In this document: positions 32,039 to 42,068 of the stretch, piece by piece
How the letters are laid out: every line of letters starts with the position of its first letter
Position numbering within the stretch: position 1 is the stretch's first letter
NCBI GenBank assembly: GCA_937874195.1
Contig: CALNBM010000066.1
Span: 1 to 62,594, forward strand
Direction: 5' to 3'
Length of the DNA: 62,594 bases
Origin: an uncultured Clostridia bacterium
GTDB taxonomy: Bacteria; Bacillota; Clostridia; Christensenellales; UBA1242
Made by a program: the position numbers and the translations under genes
Notes under the pieces: model-generated
Seen by the model: only the letters and a program-made list of their open reading frames with translations
Databases searched by the model: none
Told to the model about the DNA's origin: nothing

Positions 32039-32095
32039 ATTTTAATTATTTTATGTTAGACTATTAAAAAACTAATTTTAAAAAAGGACAAATAC

Positions 32096-34264
32096 ATGAA
32101 CATAGAACAAGTCTTAGCCTATGAATTTAATTTACAGTTGGCGCATTCTAATAATATAGTTGAATTATTAGATAGCGGTTGTACTATTCCCTTTATAGCT
32201 AGATATAGAAAAGAACTAACAGGAAGTTGTGATGATCAAACTCTTAGAGCTTTTGAAAACAGGTTAAATTATCTAAGGAGTTTAACTAAAAGAAAAGAAG
32301 AGGTATCTAATCTAATTGCTGAGCAAGGCAATATGACCGATGAAATAAAAAAAGCGTTAGACAATTCGTCCACTTTAACTGAAGTGGAAGACATTTACCG
32401 ACCATTTAAACCAAAAAGAAAAACACGAGCGAGTGTGGCGATTGCAAAGGGCTTGCAACCTCTTTCCGATATGATTTTAAAGCAAAATAAAAATATTAAC
32501 ATAATTGAAGAAGCGGAAGCCTTTATTAGTGAAGAAAAAGGCGTGAAAAGTGTGGAAGAGGCGATTAACGGTGCAAAAGACATTGTTGCAGAAACTATTT
32601 CCGACACCGCCACGCTTAGAAAAAACTTACGAGAACTACTATTTCACAAAGGTTTTATCGAAACAAAATTAGACGTGGAAAAAGAAAATGCATCCACTTA
32701 TGAAATGTATGCTCAATATAATTCCGCTATCGAAAAATTACCTAGCCACCGAGTGCTTGCAATTAATCGCGGAGAAAAAGAAGGATGTCTAAAAGTGAAT
32801 CTAGTGTTAAACGAAGACCTTGCACTTGCGGTTGTTCACGATGAATATATAAAAAAGAACAGTCCGTATGAAGAAATGATGCAAGAAATTTGTTTAGATA
32901 GTTATAACCGTTTAATATTCCCAAGTATTGAAAGAGAAGTAAGAAATGAGTTAACAGAAACTGCAAGTGAGCAAGCAATTAAAATGTTTGAAGTGAACTT
33001 AAAGCCATTGCTTATGCAACCGCCTTTAAAAAACAAAGTGATTTTAGGCTTGGATCCAGCTTATAGAACGGGATGTAAAATTGCAGTTATTGATATTCAT
33101 AGCAATGTGTTAGACACAACTGTAATTTATCCAACTCCACCTCAAAACAAAGTTGAAGAAAGTGAAATCATAATAGCAAAATTGGTGGACAAACATAAAG
33201 TTGATGTTATTGCTATTGGTAATGGCACAGCAACGAAAGAAAGTGAAATTTTTGTTGCTAACCTAATAAAAAAAATGAAGAGAAAAATAAATTATGCTGT
33301 GGTAAACGAGGCAGGAGCAAGTGTTTATAGCGCAAGCAAACTCGGCGCGAGTGAGTTTCCGGAGTTTGATGTTGCGCTTAGAAGTGCGGTATCTATTGCT
33401 CGCAGACTTCAAGATCCACTTGCCGAACTTATTAAAATTGATGTTAAAAGTATTGGTGTTGGACAATATCAACACGACATGCCTGAAAAACGCTTAACTG
33501 AGGTGTTGGATGGCGTGGTAGAAAATTGCGTTAACAGTGTGGGGGTGGATGTAAACACTGCCAGCCCAAGCCTGCTTTCCTTTGTGGCAGGATTAAATAA
33601 AACCGTTGCAAAAAACATTGAAACTTACAGAAAAAAAACTGGCAAAATAACATCTCGAGAAGCATTAAAAAAGGTGGATAAATTAGGTGCGAAAGCTTAT
33701 GAACAATGTGCTGGATTCCTGCGAATTGTTGATGGTGATAATATTTTAGACAATACTTCCGTGCATCCGGAAAGTTATGATGTTGTTAAGAAATTATTAA
33801 ATTATTTTAAACTAACCGATAAAGATATTGAAAACGGCAACTTGGCGTTGCTTCCTAAAATTGTTGCAGAAAAAGGTATAAATAAGGTTGCTGGTGATAT
33901 TGGTGTTGGTGTGCCAACGCTAGAAGATATTATAGGCGAACTTATAAAACCCGGTCGTGACATTCGCGATGACCTTCCTAAGCCAATTTTAAAAAGCGAA
34001 CTATTAGATATTTCCAATCTTAAAGCGGGTATGGTTATTGACGGAGTTGTTAGAAATGTTGTGGATTTTGGGGTTTTTGTAGATATATCTGTGCACCAGG
34101 ACGGATTGGTTCATATCTCCGAAATTAGTAAAGAATTTATCAAACATCCAAGCGATGTGTTAAAAGTTGGCGATAATGTGACTGTCAAAGTGTTGTCGGT
34201 GGATTTAGATAAAAAGCGAATTGCACTAACTATTAAAGGCGCAAAAGATGAAGTAAGTGAATAA
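32096..34264 (+). CDS. tex: Tex-family transcription accessory protein (S1 domain)
   Basis: 722 aa. N-terminus TIPFIARYRKELTGS, YqgF-like core, HhH region, C-terminal S1 (GMVIDGVVRNVVDFGVFVDI...GLVHISE). Confidence 0.9.
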   Translation: MNIEQVLAYEFNLQLAHSNNIVELLDSGCTIPFIARYRKELTGSCDDQTLRAFENRLNYLRSLTKRKEEVSNLIAEQGNMTDEIKKALDNSSTLTEVEDIYRPFKPKRKTRASVAIAKGLQPLSDMILKQNKNINIIEEAEAFISEEKGVKSVEEAINGAKDIVAETISDTATLRKNLRELLFHKGFIETKLDVEKENASTYEMYAQYNSAIEKLPSHRVLAINRGEKEGCLKVNLVLNEDLALAVVHDEYIKKNSPYEEMMQEICLDSYNRLIFPSIEREVRNELTETASEQAIKMFEVNLKPLLMQPPLKNKVILGLDPAYRTGCKIAVIDIHSNVLDTTVIYPTPPQNKVEESEIIIAKLVDKHKVDVIAIGNGTATKESEIFVANLIKKMKRKINYAVVNEAGASVYSASKLGASEFPEFDVALRSAVSIARRLQDPLAELIKIDVKSIGVGQYQHDMPEKRLTEVLDGVVENCVNSVGVDVNTASPSLLSFVAGLNKTVAKNIETYRKKTGKITSREALKKVDKLGAKAYEQCAGFLRIVDGDNILDNTSVHPESYDVVKKLLNYFKLTDKDIENGNLALLPKIVAEKGINKVAGDIGVGVPTLEDIIGELIKPGRDIRDDLPKPILKSELLDISNLKAGMVIDGVVRNVVDFGVFVDISVHQDGLVHISEISKEFIKHPSDVLKVGDNVTVKVLSVDLDKKRIALTIKGAKDEVSE

Positions 34265-34321
34265 ATTAAACACATAAAAATAATAAAAATCAAAACAGCG
34301 AATATTAAAAATAAAAATATG

Positions 34322-34346
34322 AACCAGCGATAGCTGGTTTTTATTT
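34322..34346 (+). terminator. tex intrinsic terminator
   Basis: AACCAGC GATA GCTGGTT hairpin followed by TTTTTATTTT. Confidence 0.7.
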
Positions 34347-34824
34347 TGTAACTGTTTTTTAGAAGAATTTATGCTATCACTGACTAATTTTTTTTTTAGC
34401 GATATGTTTTTTTTGAAAAGATAAACCCAAGTATGATTTTAAATAAAGATATTGCCAGTGTTTAACTACGCACCACTTATAATCGCTTTAATTTGTACTG
34501 TGCAGGTGCAGGCATATGCTTGTGAATTCTTGTAAATAATTTAAATATGTAATAGTTTTTTTAAAGTAGGCAAGTAGAACTTTAAAAAATAATAACAGAG
34601 AAGTGGAGCCAGTTTCGTTTAATAACTCTTAAAATAGAACAATCGCTATAACGGATTTTTGAATAAGATTTACTTATACTATCAAATTTTGTACTGCTTG
34701 CAAACCTATTTTTTCTTTCCTATAACAAAAGTTTATAGTAGAATTTGAGAATTTTATTGTAAAAAAAAATTAGTCGTTATAAATAAGATAACTAGTATAA
34801 AAGAATAAAAACAAACTAATATTG

Positions 34825-34872
34825 TTGACAAAGGCAGGCACATTAGCATATTATATGAATAATTGTTCATAT
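34825..34872 (+). promoter_or_regulatory. Promoter with a palindromic ArsR/CadC-type operator
   Basis: TTGACA (34825-34830) and an AT-rich -10 (TATTAT, 34849-54). Overlapping inverted repeat ATATGAA-TAATTG-TTCATAT (34853-34872) just upstream of the regulator gene. Confidence 0.55.
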
Positions 34873-34897
34873 GACAACCGCATGAGGAGGTTAGAAA

Positions 34898-35236
34898 GTG
34901 TATAGATGCAGACCAATTAATGAAGAATCAATAAAATGTGTTAAAGAAAAGATATTAGATAACAAACAGTTAGAAAAGCTAAGTGCTTTTTATAGCATTT
35001 TTGCGGATTCAACACGGCTTAAAATTATAAACTGTTTGCTTTATTCAAAATTATGTGTGTGTGATATAGCAATTTTAGTAGGATGTTCGCATTCGCTTAC
35101 CTCGCATCAACTAAGACGATTGAAAGCAATTAATGTGGTGGATGTTACCGAACAGGGGAAAACAAAGTTTTATAGTTTAAAAGATGAACATATAGAAAAA
35201 ATATTTAAGATAGGACTGGAACATATTAATGAGTAA
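34898..35236 (+). CDS. ArsR/SmtB-family metalloregulator (CadC-like)
   Basis: 112 aa. wHTH with the alpha3 metal site motif KLCVCDIA...SHSLTSHQLRRLK. GTG start after AGGAGG. Overlaps the ATPase gene. Confidence 0.85.
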   Translation: MYRCRPINEESIKCVKEKILDNKQLEKLSAFYSIFADSTRLKIINCLLYSKLCVCDIAILVGCSHSLTSHQLRRLKAINVVDVTEQGKTKFYSLKDEHIEKIFKIGLEHINE

Positions 35237-37271
35237 ACAAACATACTATGTGAAAAATTTAAATTGCCCCAACTGTGCTAAAAAAATCGAAAAAAGCATA
35301 GCCGGGCTGAATGGAATTAAGGCTGTTAAATTAGATTTTTCAACAACTAAACTTTTTATTGAGAGCGATGATGCTTTTGAAGTAACGCAGTTGCAAAAAG
35401 TTGTCAGCAAAATAGAACCGTCAATTATATTAGAGCGAGAAAAGCCGAAAGCCGAAATAGTAACAAAAGTGATTAAAAATGATATATTAATTTTAATTAT
35501 TGGTTTTATACTTAGTGTGATTGGTTTACTTCTTCCGTCAGGCATGGCACAAATAGTGTTTCTTTATATTGCAGGAGCACTACTCTTATATAAAACATTT
35601 ATAAAATCCATTGTGCTGTTAGTTAAAAACAAAACTATCAATGAAAATTTTTTATTAGTAATATCTGTTGTTGGCGCTTATGTTATTAACAAACACATGG
35701 AAGGGTTGATGGTTATAATCCTATATTCTATAGGAAAAATTTTAGAAAATATTTCTATTAATAACTCACGGAAAAATATTGTAAGTTTAATGGAAATAAA
35801 GGCAGAATTTGCAAGAGTTATAAGAAACGGAAAAGAAGAAGAGGTTAACCCCGAGAAAGTGGAAGTGGGTGAAATAATTTTAGTGCTACCCGGCGAGCGA
35901 ATAGCACTAGACGGAGAAGTTGTAGGTGGAAGTTCGGCAGTGAATGTTAGCCACATAACTGGTGAGAGTATGCCGGCGTTACTGAAAATTGGTAGCATCG
36001 CTATATCGGGAAGTATTGTGCAAGATGGACTACTTGAAATCAAAACAACCAGTGCGTATGAAAATAGTACCGTTAAAAAAATTATGGATTTAATTGAAAA
36101 TGCTACTGCAAAAAAAAGCAAAACTGAAACATTTGTATCGAGAGTTGCTAGGTGGTATGCGCTTGGGGTTATAGCACTCGCAGTAGTTGTTATTTTAGTT
36201 GCGCATCTAGCCTTTCAATTTACTTTAGTGGATAGTTTTTATAGGGGGCTTGTGTTACTTGTTATCTCTTGTCCTTGTGCGTTTGCAATATCGGTGCCAT
36301 TGTCGTATTTTTCAGGAATAGGCAGAGCATCCAAAGCGGGGATTTTGGTTAAGGGTAGTAACTATTTAGATCTTGCAACACAAATAAATGAAATAATTTT
36401 TGATAAAACAGGAACACTTACAACGGGAGTTTTTAGCGTGGAGGAAGTTGTTTCGAATAATGAAAAGTATTCAAAAGAAGAAATTTTGCGGTTGTCAGTG
36501 CTAGGCGAACAACATTCCACTCATCCTATTGCAAAAGCGATTTTTGAATATGGTAAAAACATCAAGTTAGAAAAAGTTGATAATTTTAAAGAAATATCAG
36601 GCAAGGGAATTTTTTATTTATTAGATGGAAAGCAGGTTTTTATAGGAAAGAACACATCTGCCGACAATACCTCCACTTCAGTTATAGTGAAAGTGGATAA
36701 TGATGAAGTTGGATATATAAATTTAAGCGATCAGGTTAAAAATGCATCAAAAAAAGCTTGTGACAGACTAGTTAAACAAAATATAAAAATAAGTATGTTA
36801 TCGGGTGATAATAAAATAGTTACCCAAAAAGTGGCAGATGTTTTAAATATTAAAGAATACAGCTCTTCGCTGTTGCCTGAAGAAAAATATGCAAGCTTAG
36901 AAAAAAAATTACAAGAAAACAAAAAAGGCTTTGTTGCATTTGTGGGCGACGGATTAAATGACGCTCCTTCGCTCACTCGTGCCGACCTTGGAATTAGTAT
37001 GGGACTTAAAGGTTCAACCGCGTCTATTGAAGCATCTGACATTGTGCTTGCCGACGATAATCCAAATAAAATTAACCACTTGATAAAAATCTCAAAATTC
37101 ACCAAAAAAATAATATTGCAAAATATATCATTTGCAGTACTAACAAAACTTACTTTTCTTGTACTAGGAACACTTGGGCTGGCAGGAATGTTGGGTGCGG
37201 TGTTTGCAGATGTTGGTGTAACTTTGATAACTATATTAAATACAATTAGAATAATTAAATATAGGTTATAA
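35229..37271 (+). CDS. P1B-type heavy-metal (Cd/Zn/Co-type) translocating ATPase
   Basis: 680 aa. N-terminal HMA domain (CPNCAKKIE), TM CPC motif (SCPCAF), DKTGTLT phosphorylation site, GDGLNDAP hinge. Confidence 0.9.
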   Translation: MSKQTYYVKNLNCPNCAKKIEKSIAGLNGIKAVKLDFSTTKLFIESDDAFEVTQLQKVVSKIEPSIILEREKPKAEIVTKVIKNDILILIIGFILSVIGLLLPSGMAQIVFLYIAGALLLYKTFIKSIVLLVKNKTINENFLLVISVVGAYVINKHMEGLMVIILYSIGKILENISINNSRKNIVSLMEIKAEFARVIRNGKEEEVNPEKVEVGEIILVLPGERIALDGEVVGGSSAVNVSHITGESMPALLKIGSIAISGSIVQDGLLEIKTTSAYENSTVKKIMDLIENATAKKSKTETFVSRVARWYALGVIALAVVVILVAHLAFQFTLVDSFYRGLVLLVISCPCAFAISVPLSYFSGIGRASKAGILVKGSNYLDLATQINEIIFDKTGTLTTGVFSVEEVVSNNEKYSKEEILRLSVLGEQHSTHPIAKAIFEYGKNIKLEKVDNFKEISGKGIFYLLDGKQVFIGKNTSADNTSTSVIVKVDNDEVGYINLSDQVKNASKKACDRLVKQNIKISMLSGDNKIVTQKVADVLNIKEYSSSLLPEEKYASLEKKLQENKKGFVAFVGDGLNDAPSLTRADLGISMGLKGSTASIEASDIVLADDNPNKINHLIKISKFTKKIILQNISFAVLTKLTFLVLGTLGLAGMLGAVFADVGVTLITILNTIRIIKYRL

Positions 37272-37727
37272 AAAGTTGGACTAAAACAAATAATTGAAAC
37301 AGATAATAAAACAAATTGAGATATTGAAAGATATTGAAAAAACAAACGGCGTTCCCGTTCGTTTTTTTAACTTAAAAGTCTAGTTTGAATTTTTATATTA
37401 AAATAAAAAATATAAATAAAAAATATAACTATGTTATGGAAAAAAATGAATTAAAATATATTTAAAACCCAAATTAAACCAATTTTGTTAAATAAAAAGG
37501 CTAATTTAATTTTAATCAAATAAGGAATTTAAACAATTATAATTTTTTAATTTCTTATTATTGTTTCAGTTGCCAGACGCAAGGTAAAAAAAGTTTCATC
37601 AATTTTTATTTGATACCAAAATAAGACGCTAGAAGTATTTTGAATTTAATGGGCGAAAGAAATCAAGTGTAATTAACATTTATTTTGCTTAAATTAATAA
37701 TTATTCATCTGTGTGTATGAATATTAT

Positions 37728-37940
37728 AAGTTATCCACATTTTCACAAGCGAATTTTTATAAATTATAATGAATATTTATAAAAATTGTATAAATAAACG
37801 CGATTTTGCATAATTTTTGGAAAGTTATCCACATTTTCACAAACTTGTAGTAAGTTATTCACATTTGCCATGACAACATTTTGATAAATTTATATAATTT
37901 TTCGTTAAAAACTATAATTAGTTCAAGTTGTCCACATTAG
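37728..37940 (+). other. Array of four same-orientation DnaA boxes in a convergent intergenic spacer
   Basis: TTATCCACA at 37731-37739 and 37825-37833, TTATTCACA at 37855-37863, TTGTCCACA at 37928-37936. Each is embedded in AAGTT(A/G)T(C/T)CACATT. The first two share a 20-nt identical context, AGTTATCCACATTTTCACAA. Confidence 0.6.
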
Positions 37941-37950
37941 GTGGTGGCAA

Positions 37951-39453
37951 TTATGGGCTAAAATCTGCCGGGATTAGGTTTTCATCTTCGTTTATATTTA
38001 TACTGTTTGATGCATGTATGAAACTCACATCACCAATTATAGGCTTTAATTTTCCTTGAGGTATTTCACATCCTTCAATAACGATTCCGTTTTGCGGTTG
38101 ATATTTTTCATGGCGGATTTCTTTTTCTTCCACCACTTTCCCATCTTTTATTGTTTGTAAATATGACTTTGCTTCGTAGCCTTCACGGGGATAAGATAAT
38201 CGATAAAACTCTCCTTTGAAAAGAACTTTATCGGTGTATTTTTTATTTTCGTCAACTTTAATTATATCTCCAAGATGCGGTAGTTTTTTTATAGTTTCAC
38301 TTCTTGTTTTATAAGTAATGTTGTCGGGAAGAACATGGCTAAATATTTCCACACACACACTTTCCGCGGTGCTACTTGTTTTTATAAACATAGGAAATTG
38401 TGAAGTGTTTTGAAATTTTAAATCTGAAATATATTCTGCAACCATTGCATCCAGCGCAAGCGGAACATACTTAACGGGCAATGAATGTTTGTTTACTTCT
38501 AAAATATCAACACCTGCGAGAAGTAGTGCATTGTATAGTGTTGTGCTTGCCTGACATATTCCCCCTCCCACGCCATCAACAAATCTGCCATTATATATTA
38601 TTGTTGCTTTTTTATAACCATTAGCGCTTGAATGCGGTGCAGTCAACTTATTAAAAGAAACTATTTCATTAGGTTTAATTACCAATCCATTGAATTTTTC
38701 TAGCGCAAGAATAACATTGTGTTTTCTTCCGCCGGTGCTGTCTGCCACATTTGTTTTAAAAGATGCTATTTTTTCGGTTAACTTTTCGTTATATTCTCGT
38801 TTTATTTCTGCTTTAACTTCCACGGTTGGAAGGGAAGCAACAATCTTTTTTTTATTCAAAAATTGGAGGTTAATTTCTTGATATAATTTATCTTTATCCA
38901 CCATTATCCCATCAACACTATCAGTTATTTCAAACATTTTTGTGGCATTTGGTTTAAATTTTATTTCACTATTAACGGGTTTAACTTCAATTTTCTCAAT
39001 AATGTTATTTATCTTTTCGTCAAGATGCGGAAAAATATAATTAAAAGAAACCTGCAAGGAATTGCCTGAATTTTTTAAATTTTTCAACAATTTTATTTTA
39101 GCGTCCATATCTTTATTTTGTGAATTTATCTTTTGAGATGTTTCAATAACTGTGTGGATATTACTGCTAACAGTAAAATCTTCATCTGCAAATTCCCACT
39201 TTTTATCTCCATGTGTAAGAGAGAGAGAGTAATTTTTTTTCTCTTGATTATAATGTTTTGATAATTGATTTGCAATATCAATAGGATTACTGCTGTTAAT
39301 TTTAATTCCGTTAACATTAAATTTATTTGACATATTCGCATTTGCTTTGCCAATAAAAAAAACTTGAGCTATAACTACTGTTATAAAAAGTGAACTAATT
39401 ATTATTAAAAACACAAGTATTCTGGAAACTGTGTCCTTTTTTTTAACCTTCAT
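37951..39453 (-). CDS. VanW-family protein (N-terminal TM anchor)
   Basis: VanW core GGGICQASTTLYNALLLAGVDILEVNKHS. The likely start is ATG at 39453, 5 nt after GAGGA. The ORF track extends to TTG at 39504. Confidence 0.8.
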   Translation of the reverse strand: MKVKKKDTVSRILVFLIIISSLFITVVIAQVFFIGKANANMSNKFNVNGIKINSSNPIDIANQLSKHYNQEKKNYSLSLTHGDKKWEFADEDFTVSSNIHTVIETSQKINSQNKDMDAKIKLLKNLKNSGNSLQVSFNYIFPHLDEKINNIIEKIEVKPVNSEIKFKPNATKMFEITDSVDGIMVDKDKLYQEINLQFLNKKKIVASLPTVEVKAEIKREYNEKLTEKIASFKTNVADSTGGRKHNVILALEKFNGLVIKPNEIVSFNKLTAPHSSANGYKKATIIYNGRFVDGVGGGICQASTTLYNALLLAGVDILEVNKHSLPVKYVPLALDAMVAEYISDLKFQNTSQFPMFIKTSSTAESVCVEIFSHVLPDNITYKTRSETIKKLPHLGDIIKVDENKKYTDKVLFKGEFYRLSYPREGYEAKSYLQTIKDGKVVEEKEIRHEKYQPQNGIVIEGCEIPQGKLKPIIGDVSFIHASNSININEDENLIPADFSP

Positions 39454-39868
39454 CTTGTCCTCGCTAAAATTTAGAAGTTCTAGTTTAGTATGATATTTTT
39501 TCAACTGGTTTATTCTAATTATTCGAGTTCAAGTTTGTTAAATAAATTTTATTTAGTCGAGTTTTTAAGAAAAATATAGAGAAATGAAATTGATACTTTC
39601 ATTGTTAATTTGCTTGATTTTAATTTTATATATTTAATAAGTAAAAAAAGTTTATACTTTTAAAAAGTAAGATACTTTTTATCAATACTAAAAGTATTAG
39701 AGCAAAGTTGTATAAATAAACAGAAAAAATGTTTAATCTTTTTTAAAGTTTATGCTTGTACTTTAACTCACAACCGAGAGTTAACTTATTAATAGATGAA
39801 AAAATACTTGCTTTTCAGACGCATCAAAAAATTACAAAGTGTAGGTAGCCAAAAATTTAAGTAAGTTT

Positions 39869-39900
39869 AAAAAGCACTCGCCAATAACGAGTGCTTTTTA
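39869..39900. terminator. Bidirectional intrinsic terminator
   Basis: AAAGCACTCG / CGAGTGCTTT 10-bp stem, 7-nt loop, flanked by A- and T-runs. Confidence 0.65.
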
Positions 39901-40138
39901 TCGCTCTTATGAAAAGTGCGACTATAAGGAGAAAACTATTAATGAGTTTTAATAAATAATAGGAGAAAGATATTATATGTAATAGCAGAACAGAATTCTG
40001 CTATTTTCTTAGTAATCTTACATTTCTTCCAAAATGAATCTAGTTTGTTTTAAATATTATTTAAAATCTACAATTTTAACTTTATTTTCTACTAATACAT
40101 TTTTTTAGAGAAATTTAAAACATCTAATCTTATTTAAA

Positions 40139-40330
40139 CTAGCAGCAGCAACGATTATGTTTACGAGGACAACAATTCCATTGATCTTGACCTTGTACGC
40201 CACAGGAACAGCCTTGACCTTGTTGAGGGCAACGGCATCTTTCATGAAAAGGGCTTTCGCAAAAACATGAAAGGTCAAATGCACATCCGCAGCACTTGCA
40301 ACTGCAAGAATTACAAGTATTAAAAAACAT
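40139..40330 (-). CDS. Small cysteine-rich protein (63 aa, 18 Cys)
   Basis: ATG at 40330 is 8 nt after AGGAG (the ORF track starts earlier, at 40372). MFFNTCNSCSCKCCGCAFDLSCFCESPFHERCRCPQQGQGCSCGVQGQDQWNCCPRKHNRCCC. Visibly higher G+C than its surroundings. Confidence 0.6.
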   Translation of the reverse strand: MFFNTCNSCSCKCCGCAFDLSCFCESPFHERCRCPQQGQGCSCGVQGQDQWNCCPRKHNRCCC

Positions 40331-40606
40331 ATAATCTTCTCCTATATTGATTTTCAAGTGATTTAATATCACTCATACTACAATATTCTTTTGAGTGTTT
40401 GTTTTGTTAATAATTATATGTTATTATTTATGCTAGTGGTTATTAAATTCTGTTATGAAATTGCAACCGTTATAAAAATATGCCTTAAAACCGCCATTAA
40501 ATAAAGTAATAGATAATAACCTTTTTAAAAACAGTCACTTAAAAAAAATATCATATATATAATATAGAATTAATATAATTGCTATTAAAACTTTAAGGAG
40601 ATAAAA

Positions 40607-41218
40607 TTGAAAGTAATAACAATACTAGATAGACTTTGTTCAACAAACAATTATTTGATAATTTATAAAAACGAGGCAGTGCTAGTGGATGCATCTGTGT
40701 GTGTTGAAGAAGTTGAAAAAGCCTTAGAAGGTGCTAAGTTAAAGGGCATTCTTTTAACTCATTCTCACTTTGACCACATTTTTAAACTAGATGAAATTAG
40801 AGAGAAGTTTGATTGTTCTGTTTATATACATGAAAAAGGATACTCCTCGCTATTTGATGCAGATAAAAATATAAGTAGCACTATAACGCCGTTTGAAGTG
40901 AAAAACGCATCTAATATAATTAAAATTAAAAATGATGAGGTGTTAGACTTTTTTACTTTTCCTATTAAAGTTATTCACACTCCCGGTCATAGCCATTGTT
41001 CAGTTTGTTATGAAATTGGCGATTATTTATTTACAGGTGACACATTATTTTCAGCTTGCATTGGTAGAAATGATTTTTGGCACTCAAACGAAGAAGACCA
41101 ACAAAAATCCCTTAAAAAACTGCTAGCTCTTTCGCCTAAAATAAAGTATTTTTCCGGACATGGTCACTCATTTGACTATAATAGATTAGTAAAAGTAATT
41201 AATAAATATAAAAAGTAA
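40607..41218 (+). CDS. MBL-fold metallo-hydrolase (glyoxalase II-like)
   Basis: 203 aa. LLTHSHFDHI metal motif, HTPGHS, GH at the C-terminus. TTG start after GGAG. Confidence 0.8.
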   Translation: MKVITILDRLCSTNNYLIIYKNEAVLVDASVCVEEVEKALEGAKLKGILLTHSHFDHIFKLDEIREKFDCSVYIHEKGYSSLFDADKNISSTITPFEVKNASNIIKIKNDEVLDFFTFPIKVIHTPGHSHCSVCYEIGDYLFTGDTLFSACIGRNDFWHSNEEDQQKSLKKLLALSPKIKYFSGHGHSFDYNRLVKVINKYKK

Positions 41219-41731
41219 AATAGTTTTAAGATGAGTTTAAGCATTCAGTTGACTGCAATGGAAAGCAAATCTAAAATAAAATATAAAATAATAATGATTA
41301 AATTACTTATTTAGATGCTTGTTAAAACAATTAAAAATTCTAAACTTTAATGAGTGTAAAAATTGTTATAATGACAAAGATAAAAATAAAAAATAACAAT
41401 AAAGTAGAACGATATATTTAAATTTGAGTATTATTAATTCCCATAATTAATAAAATTCCAAAACATTAGTGATTATGATTTTTGATATTTGGTTGTTATT
41501 TTGCTTTTAAAAAAAACAAAAACAAATTTTTGTACGAAAATATTGCAAATTTAGTATGAAATATAATACTGCTTCTATTTACGGTAGCAAGTTTAAACAG
41601 ACACTTTGGCAGTATCATAAATATTTTCAATTTCAAATATTATCTTTTATTAACCTTGTAAACATTAATTAAGTAAAAAATAAAATTATTATCTCGAAAA
41701 AAAAGTTTAAGAATTAATAGTTTTAAAACAC

Positions 41732-41762
41732 AAAAAAAGCGAAGTTAAACTTCGCTTTTTTA
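41732..41762 (-). terminator. Intrinsic terminator of the small zinc-ribbon gene
   Basis: AAAGCGAAG / CTTCGCTTT stem. T-run on the minus strand (A7 on plus). Confidence 0.7.
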
Positions 41763-41915
41763 TTAGTATCTTCTGTTTTGTTTGCGAGCGCGTCTGCAAT
41801 CAGCGCAGCGTGTTGGTTCGTTTTCAAAGCCTTTTTCTTTGTAGAAAGCTTGTTCGCCTTCTGTGAAAACAAATTCAGCACCACAATCTTTACAAATAAG
41901 ATTTTTGTCTGCCAT
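41763..41915 (-). CDS. Small zinc-ribbon protein (50 aa, zf-trcl-like); not in the ORF track
   Basis: My own translation: MADKNLICKDCGAEFVFTEGEQAFYKEKGFENEPTRCADCRRARKQNRRY*. CxxC...CxxC pattern with the conserved FTxGEQxFYxxKGFxNxPxRC core. Terminator directly downstream. Confidence 0.75.
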   Translation of the reverse strand: MADKNLICKDCGAEFVFTEGEQAFYKEKGFENEPTRCADCRRARKQNRRY

Positions 41916-42068
41916 TGTAATCTATAACTCCTTTTATAAAATATTAGCCAGAGAAGATTACAATAAGGTAATATGTTATATTTATTTTCTTCTTTTTCGA
42001 CTAGGTTTTTTTATTAACCAATAATAGTATATAATAATGATTTACTAAATGCAAGTGATTGTGACAAT

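Noticed and set aside
39905-40010. Two SD-led micro-ORFs (AAGGAG..ATG..5 codons; AGGAGA..ATG TAA) followed by the hairpin TAGCAGAA/TTCTGCTA, considered as a leader-peptide attenuator.
   Set aside because: No plus-strand gene follows within 600 nt, and the next gene is on the opposite strand. The ORFs are too short to evaluate. The hairpin may belong to the 3' region of the Cys-rich gene.
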